A DNA stretch of 64,000 nt, from assembly GCF_030028105.1 (NCBI RefSeq), contig NC_092380.1, positions 20,051,144 to 20,115,143 of the forward strand. The letters are read 5' to 3'. The position numbers were made by a program, and so were the translations under genes. Each line of letters begins with the position of its first letter. The stretch's first letter is position 1. The notes beneath the pieces were generated by a model. That model was not told the origin of the DNA, searched no databases, and saw only the letters and a list, made by a program, of their open reading frames with translations. This stretch comes from Mobula birostris (taxonomy: Eukaryota). Below are positions 49,322 to 61,080 of this stretch, piece by piece.

Positions 49322-50330
49322 CGGTAGGGAGGGGATGAGGGGGGAGGGGATGAGGGGGGAGGGGATGAGGGGGGAGGGGATGAGGAGGAGGGGATGAGAG
49401 GGGAGGGGGGAGGGGAGGAGGGGATGAGAGGGGAGGGGGGGAGGGGATGAGAGGGGAGGGGGGGAGGGGGGGAGGGGATGAGGGGGGAGGGGGGAGGGGA
49501 TGAGGGGGGANNNNNNNNNNNNNNNNNNNNNNNNNNNNNNNNNNNNNNNNNNNNNNNNNNNNNNNNNNNNNNNNNNNNNNNNNNNNNNNNNNNNNNNNNN
49601 NNNNNNNNNNNNNNNNNNNNNNNNNNNNNNNNNNNNNNNNNNNNNNNNNNNNNNNNNNNNNNNNNNNNNNNNNNNNNNNNNNNNNNNNNNNNNNNNNNNN
49701 NNNNNNNNNNNNNNNNNNNNNNNNNNNNNNNNNNNNNNNNNNNNNNNNNNNNNNNNNNNNNNNNNNNNNNNNNNNNNNNNNNNNNNNNNNNNNNNNNNNN
49801 NNNNNNNNNNNNNNNNNNNNNNNNNNNNNNNNNNNNNNNNNNNNNNNNNNNNNNNNNNNNNNNNNNNNNNNNNNNNNNNNNNNNNNNNNNNNNNNNNNNN
49901 NNNNNNNNNNNNNNNNNNNNNNNNNNNNNGAGGTGGAGGGGGAAGGTGGAATGGAGGGGGGAGGTGGAGGGGGAAGGTGGAATGGAGGGGGAAGGTGGAG
50001 GGGAGGGGAGAGGGGAGGATTGAAGGGGAGGGGGAGGGGGATGAAGGGGAGGGGGTGAGGGGGAGGATGGGGAGGGGGTGAGGGGGAGGATGGGGATGAG
50101 AGTGAGGGGAGGGGAGGGGAGTTGGGGAGGGGGAGGGGGATGAGAGGGCGGGAGAGGGAGGGGGAGGGGGGAGGGAGAGGGAGGGGGAGGGGGGAGGGGA
50201 GAGGGAGGGGGAGGGGAGGGGGGAGAGAGGGAGGGGGATGAGAGGGAGGGGAAGGGGGATGAAAGGGAGGGGGATGAGGGGGAGGGAGGGGTGTTGGGGG
50301 ATGGAAATGGGAAGGGGAGGGGAAAACCTG
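49322..50330. repeat. G-rich (GGGGGAGGGGATGA-type) tandem/low-complexity tract with assembly gap 49511-49929
   Basis: Repeated unit visible directly, with an N-run inside. Confidence 0.95.
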
Positions 50331-50833
50331 TTTATTTAGAATATACAAGAATAGAGCATTGACCATCATGTCTGAGAATGTGGAAGATTCTTCCTCCTTT
50401 TGAGCCAGATCCAGCCGGATGGGCTTCAAAATGGTCTGATTTGACATGACCACGCATTCCAGACTTCCTCCTTGGTGCAGAGTATTGAGGCTGTCATCAG
50501 CAAGAGCGTTGCAATGCTAACATCAACATGTTGGCCGTCTTCTTGTCCAACTCTGAAACAGTGGCATCTCTTTGATCCCCACTGGACAAATATTCTGTAA
50601 TTCAGGAGGTGTTCCGGGTTTGAGATCGTCCAACACATCACCATATTTTTGCTGTGCATTAGAAGCTCTATCAAGGAAAACTTCACACTCAACTTCTTTC
50701 TCGGGATTAGAGAGCTTCAGTTTTTGCACCGAAGTAGAAACTGTTCTTCGCATCAAACAGTGGATCCCCCTCCCTCTGCTGCGTTGCTGCCACTTTCCTT
50801 GGTTTATCCTTACAAATCAAATCAAATCGTTAG

Positions 50834-50857
50834 AAAAATGTGACACAGGATCAGAAG
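50834..50857 (+). CDS. Gene 2 candidate cytoplasmic micro-exon (EKCDTGSE), possibly skipped
   Basis: 24 bp, phase 1-1, strong donor AAG|GTGAGT but weak acceptor (aatcgttag|). The frame is preserved with or without it. Confidence 0.4.
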
Positions 50858-50869
50858 GTGAGTAGAGCT

Positions 50870-52620
50870 GAGGAACCAGAAGGGGACAAAGGCCCTGATG
50901 GGAGTTATTTTCAGACCCCCAAACAACAGTAAAGGTGTGACCTACAAATTACAATGTGAAAGAGAAAATGCATGCTGAATGGGCAATGTTATGATAGTTT
51001 TGTGGGATTTCAATATGCAGGTAGATTGGGAAAATCAGGTTGGTGCTGGATCCCAAGAGAAAGAATGTGTAGAATGTCCAAGGCATGTCTTTTTACAGCA
51101 GTTTGTTGGTGAACCCACTAGGGAATCAGCTAAAGAGCTTAAGGTAAAGCAACTCTTAGTGACAAATGATCATAGTATGATAGAATTCACCCTACAATTT
51201 GAGAAGGAGAAGTTAAAGTCAGATGTATCAGTATTACAGTGGAGAAAAATAAATTACAGGGGCATGAGGAGACTGAGTTCCTTTAACATCTGCCGGATGA
51301 TGCTGTGGATATTCTACGAGTCTGTGGTGGCCAGTGCTATCATGTTTGCTGTTGTGTGCTGGGGCAGCAGGCTGAGGATAGCAGACACCAACAGAATCAA
51401 CAAACTCATTCGTAAGGTCAGTGATGTTGTGGGGATGGAACTGGACTCTCTCACGGTGGTGTCTGAAAATAGGATGCTGTCTAAGTTGCATGCCATCTTG
51501 GTCAATGTCTCCCATCCACTACATAATGTACTGGGTGGGCACAGGAGTACATTCAGCCAGAGACTCATTCCTCCGAGCTGCAGCACAGAGCATCATAGGA
51601 AGTCATTCCTGCCTGTGGCCATCAAACTTTACAACTCCTCCCTTGGAGGGTCAGACACCCTGAGCCGATAGGCTGGTCCTGGACTTATTTCATAATTTAC
51701 TGGCATAATTTACATATTACTATATATTTATTACTATTTTTCTATTACTATTTTATTACTACTTAATATTTCCATGACTATTACTATTTACTAATAGTAA
51801 TATTACTATTACTATTTCTATTACTATTTATTACTTATGGTGCAACTGTAACGAAAACCAATTTCCCCCAGGATCAATAAAGTATGACTACGACTATGAC
51901 TATGAGAGAGCTGGCCAAAATTGATTAGAAAAGGACACTGGCAGGGATGATGGTAGGGCAGTAATGGCTGGAATTTCTGTATGCTATTCAGAAGGCACAG
52001 GATATATACATCCCAAAGAGGAGAAGTATTCTAAATGGAAGATGACCCAACCGTGGCTGACAAGAGAAGTCAAAGCCAACATAAAAGCCAAAGAGAGGGC
52101 ATATAATAAGTAAAAAATTGGTAGGAAGTTAGAAGACTGGGAAGCTTTTAAAAACCAACAGAAGGCAACTAAAAAAGTAATAAAGAAGGAAAAAATAGAA
52201 TAAGAAGGTAAGCTAGCCAATAATATTAAAGGGGATCCCAAAAGTTTCTTCAGATACATAAAGTGTAAAAGAGAGGCAAGAGTAGATATCAGCCCACTAG
52301 AAAATGTTGCTGGAGAGAGACAAGGAAATGGCAGATGAACTGAATAAGTACTTTGCATTAGTCTTCATTGTGGAAGGCTATAATAGTATGAAGTTCAAGA
52401 GTGTCATGGAACAGAAGTATGTGGTTACCATTACTAGGGAGAAGGTTCTTAGGGAAGCTGAAAGGTCTGAAGGTAGATATGTCATCTGGATCAGATGGTA
52501 TACAGCACAGTTTTCTGAAAGAAGTGGCTGAAGAGATTATGGAGGCATTAATAATAATCTTTCAAGAATCAACTGATTCTGGCATTTTTCTAGAGGAATA
52601 GAAAATTACAAATGTCACAG
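50870..52620 (+). mobile_element. CR1 endonuclease-region fragment interrupted by a Rex1-type insertion at 51269-51901
   Basis: WDFNMQVDWENQ...NDHSMIEF...NYRGMR breaks off and resumes as ELAKID. The insert (FYESVVASAIMFAVVCWG) is flanked by the direct repeat ATGAG. Confidence 0.85.
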
Positions 52621-53961
52621 AGCCGAACACCCGGGGTCACCGACCACAGGCACACAGGGGGATCCCAGGATCAGCCGAAGCAGCCTCACCATCAACACCG
52701 GCAGAGCGTCACGGCAAATGAACCTTCCCACTGTGGACATCTGCTTTGGGTTGACAGGAGGTGACTGGTGATCTGATATGAAGAATTGTGGCTGGGTGTA
52801 GGTTAAAATCAGCATAATTTGTGAGATGTCGTAACAAGGCAGCTGGAGCCGTTGCTGCCAATTTCATGTGGGAGTTGGACTGGCCTACCTTAAACAAGGC
52901 TGGGCAGATAAGATCTGCTGGGTGTGTCTCTTGTTTCCATAGTACCCTCAGATAAAATGCCCTTGCTGCTGTGATATTGTGCAAGAGCACCTGTTACCAA
53001 GTAAACCAAAAGTTTCCACTGCAAGCAAACTTCATTTCAGCCTCAACATTTGGCAGATGGGGCACTGTAATTAGATGGCCAGTTTATCATTAGACTTCTG
53101 GGTGAAATTCTTTTATTTGTTTATTTATTGAGATGCAGCGCAGAATAGGCCTTTCCAACCTTTCGAGCTGCGCTGTCCGTTAATCTCCGATATAATCCGA
53201 GCCTAATCACGGGACGTTTACAATGACCAATTAACCAATCAACCGGTACGTCTTTGGACTGTGGGAGGAAACCGGAGCCCTTGGAGGAAACCCACGTGGT
53301 CACGGGGAGAACATACAAACTCCTTACAGGCAGCGGCGGGAATTGAACCCGGGTCGCCGGTACTGTGAAGCGTGGTGCTAACCGCTACACTACTGTGCCT
53401 CCCTATTCTGCAGCAGTTCCTTGTGCTCGATCACAAGTCATGCAGCACAGATTGGCCCGTTACAGCTATGTTTGCTCCCTGGTAGACTGTAACTGTATTC
53501 AAGCAGTCTTCTTCACTGGACCCATACTGTGACCCATGGGGCAATCCTCTTCCCCCTCCCCAGTGTGTCGGGGGCAGAGGGCCTTGGTGTGTTGTCTGCA
53601 GCAAGCCAGAGCCCAGGCAATATGGAGTATTGCCCTGAGACGTGGGCTCGTGTGAATATCGAGCATTAGTGTGTTTAACTTGAACTTTTCACTGGACTGC
53701 CATTGTTGCTCTATAAAGAGCAACACTTTCCATACCGAATAAAATGGTAATGCGGCCTGGGGATCTGAGTGAACAGCTTACGACAGGTGCTTATACTGTG
53801 AGGGATTGGACCCAAGTGTTGCATTACAGTGACAACGTATAATAAGAGATTTTAAAAGTCTTTGTGAGTATTTCTTTATTTAATAAAGGATGCAATTATC
53901 CTTAGTAACAGGAAGCTTGATAACAGAAGCTACCGTTGGTTCTGAAGTGTATGAGAAGTTA

Positions 53962-55252
53962 CGAGAGGTGATCGATACATTCGTGGCCTAAGGTAGAAGG
54001 AGTCAATTTTAGAAAACCTAGCACACTTATTTTTCCTACATTTACGCACTTGGTCCAGCGGTCGTGGAGCATACGGATCCCTTCTTTATAGAAGTCAGCA
54101 TCTTGGACCTCCAGAAAGTGGTCCACAGCAGGGGCGATTGATAAGTTTGTGGCCTAAAGTAGAAGGAGATGAGTTATTAACTTAAAACTTTCTGCATTTT
54201 CACTCAAAGTGTTAAACTGCACGTGCATGTAATGAAAGCTGTATAACTCATCTCCTTCTACCTTAGATTAGATTAGATTATGAGGACACGCAGTCCTCTT
54301 TTATTGTCATTTAGGAATGCATGCATTAAGAAATGATACAGTGTTCCTCCAGAATGATATCACAGAAATACAAGACAAACCAAGACTGAAAAACTGACAG
54401 AAACCACATAATTATAACATATAGTTACAACACTCCAAAGCAATACCGTAATTTGATAAAGAACAGACCATGGGTACGGCAAAAAAGTCTCAAAGTCTCT
54501 TGAAAGTCCCATCGTCTCACGCAGACGGTAAAAGGAAAAAAAACTCTCCCTGCCATGAGCTTCCAGTGCCACAAACTTGCCAATGCAGCATCCTGGAAGC
54601 ACCCGACCACTGCTGACTCTTGAGTCCTTCCGAAAACTTTGAGCCTCCGACCATCCCTCCGACACCGAGCACCATCTCTGCCGAGCACTTCAACCCCAGC
54701 CTCGGCAACAGGCAATAGGCAAAGCCGAGGATTTGGGGCCTTCCCCTCCGGAGATCCTCGATCGCACAGTAGCAGCAGCAGCGAAGCGGGTATTTCAGAA
54801 GTTTCTCTAGATGTTCCTCCGTGCTTGTCACGGCTGTCTCCATCAAATCAGGATTGTGCGTGGCATCCTACTTCACAAATACGATATCATTTCAGAACTG
54901 CGTCGCGCCGCCATCTTCTCCTCCCCTCCCTTAGGCCACACACTTATCAATCACCCCTGCTGTGGACCATCTGGAGGTCCAAGATGCTCTCGTTACATGC
55001 GCATGCAGTTCAGCTCTTTGAGTGATAATGCAGAAAGTTTGAAGTTAATAACTTATCTCGTCTACCTTAGGCCACGAACTTATCAATCACCCTTGCTGTT
55101 CACCACTTCTACAAAGAAGGGATCCGTATGCTCCACAACCGCTGGACTAAGTGTGTACGTGTAGGAGGGGACTATGTTAAAAAAAAAATGTGCTAGGTTT
55201 TCTAAAATTGACTCCTTCTACCTTAGGCCACGAACTTATCAATCACCCCTCG
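53962..55252. mobile_element. Palindromic mariner-derived MITE with a central retro-insertion (54267-54928)
   Basis: TA-flanked long inverted arms, both carrying the mariner C-terminus FYKEGIRMLHxRWTK. The insertion is bounded by the direct repeat CCTTAG. Confidence 0.8.
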
Positions 55253-55599
55253 TATTTTTTCAAAGTAGGTGCCTACAGAAGGATTGGACCGTCATCTCCA
55301 CTTCGTGATGGGAAGAGGTTTTGGAAGCGTTGGTTCTTTAATCATGTTTATTCGGTATTTAACGTCTCTTACCTGGGCCACGTAGGAGCTGGTGTAGGCA
55401 CTCAACTCCTGTCTGTTCCACCATTTAAGCAGACCAAAGCTCGTCTCGACTCTACGTTCCCAGCTACCCACGGCGACCTTTCAGCCTCTGGCTTATCAAC
55501 GATTTATCTACTGCTTGTTTTCCCTTTCCCCTATCCGAGTCAGCGCTATCCACTAGTTTGTTTTTGAGTTGCGTATATTTCTAAACACACTTCATACCC

Positions 55600-56170
55600 A
55601 ACACAGTGTCAGCAAGGATGTAATGCTGTATGAGGCAATGGTGAGGCCTCACTTGGAGAGCTACCAGCAGTTTTGGGCCCCTTATTTAAGAAAGGATGTG
55701 CTGACATTGGAGAGGGTTCAAAAAATGATTCCAGGAATGAAAGGCTTATGATGTGAGCAGCAATCGAAGGCTCTGGGCCTGTACTCAGTGGAATTTTGGA
55801 GAATGAGAGGGGACCTTATTGAATGTTGAAAGGCCTAGATAGAGTGGATGTGAACAGGATGTTTTCTTTGGTGGGATGCGGGGGGGGGGGGGTGTCTATG
55901 GCCAGAGGGCACAGCTTCAAAATAGAGGGACGTCCATTTAGAACAGAGATGAAGAGGAATTTCTTCATCCAGAGGGTGGTGAATCAGTGGAATTCGTTGC
56001 CACGGGTGACCGTAGAGGCCAGGTCACTGGGTGCAATTTAAGGTGGAGGTTGATAGGTTCTTGATTAGTCATGGTGTGAAAGTTGTGGAGAGAAGGCAGC
56101 AGAATGGAGTTGAGGGGGAAGTGGCAGAGCAGACTCAACGTGTTGAATGGCCTAATTCTGCCCCTATGTC
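55600..56170 (+). mobile_element. CR1 3' fragment
   Basis: LYEAMVRPHLESYQQFWAPYLRKD and FFIQRVVNQWNSLP. Confidence 0.85.
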
Positions 56171-56530
56171 TTACCTTATCTGTGCTACGCCACTCCCAGA
56201 TGCAGATTGTTTATTTGCCTCCTTTTTTGTTTCGCACCATCATCTTTGTCACTTAACTCCTCTTGGTCCTTCCTCTATCTCTGATATCCCCATGTTGTCT
56301 TCCTTCGGGGTTGTGTACTTGTTCCACCTGAGCATCCGCCAGTTCACCTCGCTAAGTGACAGCTGTCCATCACTGCAGACTGTGGCCCACACTGGCCAGT
56401 CCCGGTATGGGACTGGGCTGCTTGTTCATTTGGATAGTCTTTCTTGCCTGCACAATAGGTCCAGTTGAGTTGTTGGGCTCCTTTAATGCTACTGGCCGAC
56501 TTATGCACACTCCTTATTTCAATTCACCAG

Positions 56531-56592
56531 GTTGGCCTTGCACCCTGCCCGCTCAGCAGGCACCAGTGAATCCACGTGCAGCCCACAGAGAG
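56531..56592 (+). CDS. Gene 2 cytoplasmic exon (GWPCTLPAQQAPVNPRAAHRE)
   Basis: Acceptor ttatttcaattcaccag| and donor GAG|GTAAGG. The 62-bp exon converts phase 1 to phase 0, exactly what is needed to link the TM exon to the last exon. Confidence 0.7.
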
Positions 56593-58200
56593 GTAAGGAA
56601 GACCCCTTCATAATGGCAGCGGTTTACATTTCCGTAGCACCTTTATCACAGACGTCATAGGTCATCCAAAGTAACACCATCACAAAGTATTTAAACGCTG
56701 GAGTGGGCCACATGGCTGCTCAATCAGAAGCTGATCCACTGGTCGGTTGATGCTTGATCTCTGTTTGTGTCTAAAGATTTAATCATCTCTGCCATTATTT
56801 ACTCAATCCACTGCTGGATAACGTGGAAAATTCCGGAGATCTCCAACCGCTACACAGGGAGATTTCTTCTCATCTCTCAACTGGGCAACTCTTTGAGTTG
56901 ACATTATGCCCCTCCCCCACACACACACTTGGGTTCTTGTTTTTTTTTATTATTTGTTCAATGCATCTACTTTTAACCTGCCTTCACATAGAGATTGCAG
57001 AAAGAAAGTTTATTTATTAAACTGTGCATTATATTATTCCAGAGCTTCGAGCCACACCACCCAGCAGTCCCTGACCATGGGACAAGTTACAATGACCAAT
57101 TAAACTACCGACTGACCAATTAACCTACTGACCCAGTAGGTCTTTGGGCTGTGGGAGGAAACCAGAGCACTCGAGGAGAGCGTGCAAACAGGCAGTGATG
57201 GGAATTGAACCCGGATCGTCTACTCTACTGTGTTGCCCTAGTTCATTTCTCTGTGGGAGATAGCCTTGCTCTTGCCAGTTCAGTTTTGTTGTAGATTGGT
57301 TGTGGATTAGAGAGACACCCTTGGGATAGCCAGTTCGTAATTCATACATTTACAGTAATAAAGCCATTGCATTTTAATTTTAAATTAAGTAACTTTATGT
57401 CTGCTTTTCTATTTCAGTGGTTCCATCATGCTTCTATTAGTAATGAGTAGCAGGAGGAGGACATGAAATTTTGTGTTTTCTCCACTAGTTGGGAATGTGT
57501 GGGCACGTGGCCAAGTGGTTAAGGCATTGGACTAGCGACCTGAAGGTCGTGAGTTCGAGTCCCAGCCACAACAGTGTCCTTGAGCAAGGCACTTAACCAC
57601 ACATTGCTCTGCGACGACACTGGTGCCAAGCTGTATGGGTCCTAATGACCTTCCCTTGGACAACATTGGTGTCGTGGAGAGGGGAGACTTGCAGCGCGGG
57701 CAACTTCCATACAACCTTGCCCAGGCCTGTGCCCTGGAGAGTGAAGACTTTCCAGGCGCAGATCCATGGTCTCGCAAGACTAACGGATGCCTTTAGGAAC
57801 GTCGTGTTAGTGTACCATTTACCTCAGCTCCCTTCCCTTAGACCCTGGGTAAAGAAAGCAAGACTGAAGGCTGATGATCAGACAAGTGGGAGTATAGTCC
57901 CTAGGCCTACTTGCCTTATTTTCCTGTGTCTAATACATTGAGTTAATTACACAAAATGCTGGAGGAACTCAGCAGTCCAGGCAGCAGTTATGAAAAAGAG
58001 TATCATCAACTTTTGAGACCAAGATGTCTCGCCAGTCCTGCCGAAGGGTTTCGGCCCAAAATGTCAGCTGTACTCTCTTCCATGGAAGCTACCAGGTCTG
58101 GTGAGCTCCTCCAGCATTTTCTGTGCGTGTTGCTCGGATTTTCAGCATCTGCAGATTTTCTCATTTGTGTTTATTAATGCTTATCTGCCTCTCTGACCAG

Positions 58201-58317
58201 AACCCTGCGGAGGACGAGATCCATTATGCCTCCATGAGTTTATCTCCTGCAGTGAATCGAAAGGATAGAGTGGAGTGTAACATGGTGTACGCCGAGGTCA
58301 GGCAGGACCATCTCTGA
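58201..58317 (+). CDS. Gene 2 terminal coding exon with two ITIM-like motifs
   Basis: Acceptor ttatctgcctctctgaccag| in phase 0. Translation NPAEDEIHYASMSLSPAVNRKDRVECNMVYAEVRQDHL*. Confidence 0.82.
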   Translation, partial: NPAEDEIHYASMSLSPAVNRKDRVECNMVYAEVRQDHL

Positions 58318-59139
58318 AGGAGTCCGGTCCCCCATTGAAGAGCTATCAAAGTGACTGAAGACAAGACCACAATCAATGCTATTGTTGCTTACAAGCGGCG
58401 GTAACGCCGTCTTGATAGAGGTTACAGCAATGCTTTGCAGGGTTTATTTATGGCTGAAGATGCCTTTTGCTTCTGCTCAAAAGTTAAGTCAGGCAAGGAA
58501 CCAGAAAACTCATCAGAAACTGGATATATTTATTCCAACTGAAGGCTGCCTCGGTTGTCTAATGGAAGATACAACCAACGTTTGCTAACAGATGCCAGCT
58601 GAACAAAAAATATGTACTGTATTGTCTTTTAGTTTTCATCATCTGCCCCATATTTCATACGTTCGCACAACACAGGCCATTCAGCCCTTAGAGTCTTTGC
58701 CAGCTTTCCAACCAACCCATTCTTCTCAACCCAGTGACTTCTCACCTGCACTGGGTGCAGTTTCCAGTCACCAAAGCTGCCACTCAGCACAGTTCTACGA
58801 TGTGGGAAGAAACTGAAGCAGCTACGGGGGAAACCGGGTACGTGCAAACTCCACACAACAGTGACTGAGGCCAGGATCACTGTCACTGCACTACTGCCGC
58901 CCAGTAGTTTAGAAGAAACCATTACTTTGCAGACTTAAGGAAATGGAAGATGGTTAGCCTAATAATTAAGTTACTCCAGAGAAAGGAAAAGATCTCTAGT
59001 CAGGTCAGTCACTAGGTGAAGTGATTCATTCAGCTCAGCGAGGTTTCTGATTTCACGCCCAGTCTGGGCACCTCCCTCCCCTTACATCCCACTGTCCCCA
59101 GGCTAGTGAATGAATGATCAACCAATAATGATTCTCGAT

Positions 59140-60030
59140 CGACGATAAGACATAGGAGCAGAATTAGGCCACTTGGCCCATTGAGTCTGCTCCCCCATTT
59201 CATCATGGCTGATTGTCCATCTGGACCCCATTTTCCTGCCTTTTGCCTGTAACCTTTGATGCAGAGTAAGCAAGAACCCATCAACCTCCACTTTAAATAT
59301 ATTCAATGACCCGACCTCCACAGTCGTTTGTGGCAATGAATTTCACAGATTCACCACCATCTGGCTAAAGGAATTCCTCCTTATCTCTGTTCCAAATGAT
59401 GTCTCTCTATTCTGAGGCTGTACCCTCTGGTCCTAAACTCCCCCACTATAGGAAACTTCCTCTCCACATCTACTCTATCTAGGCCTTTCAATAGTCAATA
59501 GGTTTCAATAAGACTCCCCCTCATTCTTCTAAACTCCAGTGGGTCCAGGCCCAGAGTCATCAAACACTCCTCATACATTAACCCTTTTATTCTCAGAATC
59601 ATTCCCATGAACCTCCTCTGGACCCTGTCCAACGCCAGCACACCTTTTCTTAGATAAGGGGTCGAAAACTTCTCTCAGTACTCCAAATGCGATCTGACCA
59701 ATGCCTTATAAAGCCTCAGAATCACATCCTTGCTCTTATATTCTAGTTCTCTTGAAATGAATGTTAATATTGCATTTATCTTCCCTACCAACGACTCAAT
59801 GTGCAAGTTAACCTTTAGGGAATCCTGCACAAGGACTCCCAAGTCTCTTCGCAGCTCTGATTTTTGAATTGTCTCCCTGTTTAGAAAATAGTCTGTGCTT
59901 TTATTTCTTCTATCAAAGTGTATGATCAAACACTTCTTTGGCCATTCTCCCAATCCATCCAAGCCCTTCTGTATACTCCCTGTTTCCTGAGCACCAACTG
60001 CTCCTCCACTACCTACCTTTGTGTCATTTG
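59140..60030 (-). mobile_element. CR1 3' fragment
   Basis: RDLGVLVQDSLKVNLH...LYKALVRSHLEY on the minus strand. Confidence 0.85.
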
Positions 60031-60577
60031 CCCAGACACTACCCTGAAAGGTGTGTCGTTGCTGCCGATAACAGTGCTGGAAATGGACTATACTCAAATA
60101 CTCCGGGGCCCAATGCTGTTTGAGAACAACCTTTATTGAGGACGTGACCAGTGCCTTGTGGAGTCCAGAATTAGGATGCAGAACTTATTGTCCCATTTTC
60201 CTCTCAGGTGGGTCAATCGATACAAATGATACTTCCATCCATGTGGGCAGTTAGCAGAAAATCTGCCCCAATCCCTTCACTGGTCAGACAATTCAAAGCT
60301 TGTTGATAAATGCCCACAGAACAAGGAATGGGTCTGGAAATCTAAAATGTGTCAGGAAAAGGGACATTTCCTCTGGGTTTTTAAAAGTTTTTAAAAGTTA
60401 CTCATGCAAACCCAAGGAATTTATCTATATAGTTTGTAAATGTTCAGAAATATATTTTTGTTAATATCTTTCATGTAAACGAGGCATAGTTATTGGAGTT
60501 TAGCTAGATGTACAGTACAATGAGACTTGTGTTTTCTTATGAGAAAAGTAAACATAAAATAAAATAAGATACACTAC

Positions 60578-61080
60578 ATGGACTCTTTGGCCGTCTTGTT
60601 ACTGACTCTGCTGGAGTGAGGTGGTGGACAATGGCCAGTCCTACACCATCTGTGTTTTCATCTGATCAGATCCAGCTGGACAGTCCTACATGGTCAGCAA
60701 TGAAAAAGTGCCTCCTTTCTGGAGGTAACGTGGAGTGTGGAGCATTTCACATTGACCCAGATCCCTGTGGAAAGTATCGTTAATGAGAGCAAATGTACAC
60801 AAAGTAATTCACAACATGGCAGAATGTGCACTACTCCATAGCCACAAATGTTCTCCTCCAAGTTTAACAGCCGATTTGCAGCACATCTCTGAGTCTCCCT
60901 TTTGTGACGTCTGAAAGAGACCAAATAAATGCCTTTTGAGACAAGCACGCACAAATCTCAGGTCACACTGACAATCCAGCTAGTAATATAAGAGATGAGT
61001 GCTTGAGTAGCTTCCTAATTTCACCACTCTTACTTCCCATTCAATAAGATGGTGGAACCTCTACCTCAACGTCAACACAA
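60578..61080 (+). pseudogene. Possible heavily decayed leader + VJ-like remnant
   Basis: Leader-like MDSLAVLLLTLL before GTGAG, then FTLTQIP and KSQVTLTI in one frame 72 codons apart, then a GGT..LNV-like stretch. Multiple stops; no clear Cys/Trp core. Confidence 0.2.

Noticed and set aside
50345-50760. Minus-strand frame open for about 135 codons apart from two stops
   Set aside because: No recognisable family motif and no splice or start context. Possibly an old transposon remnant; would need BLASTx.
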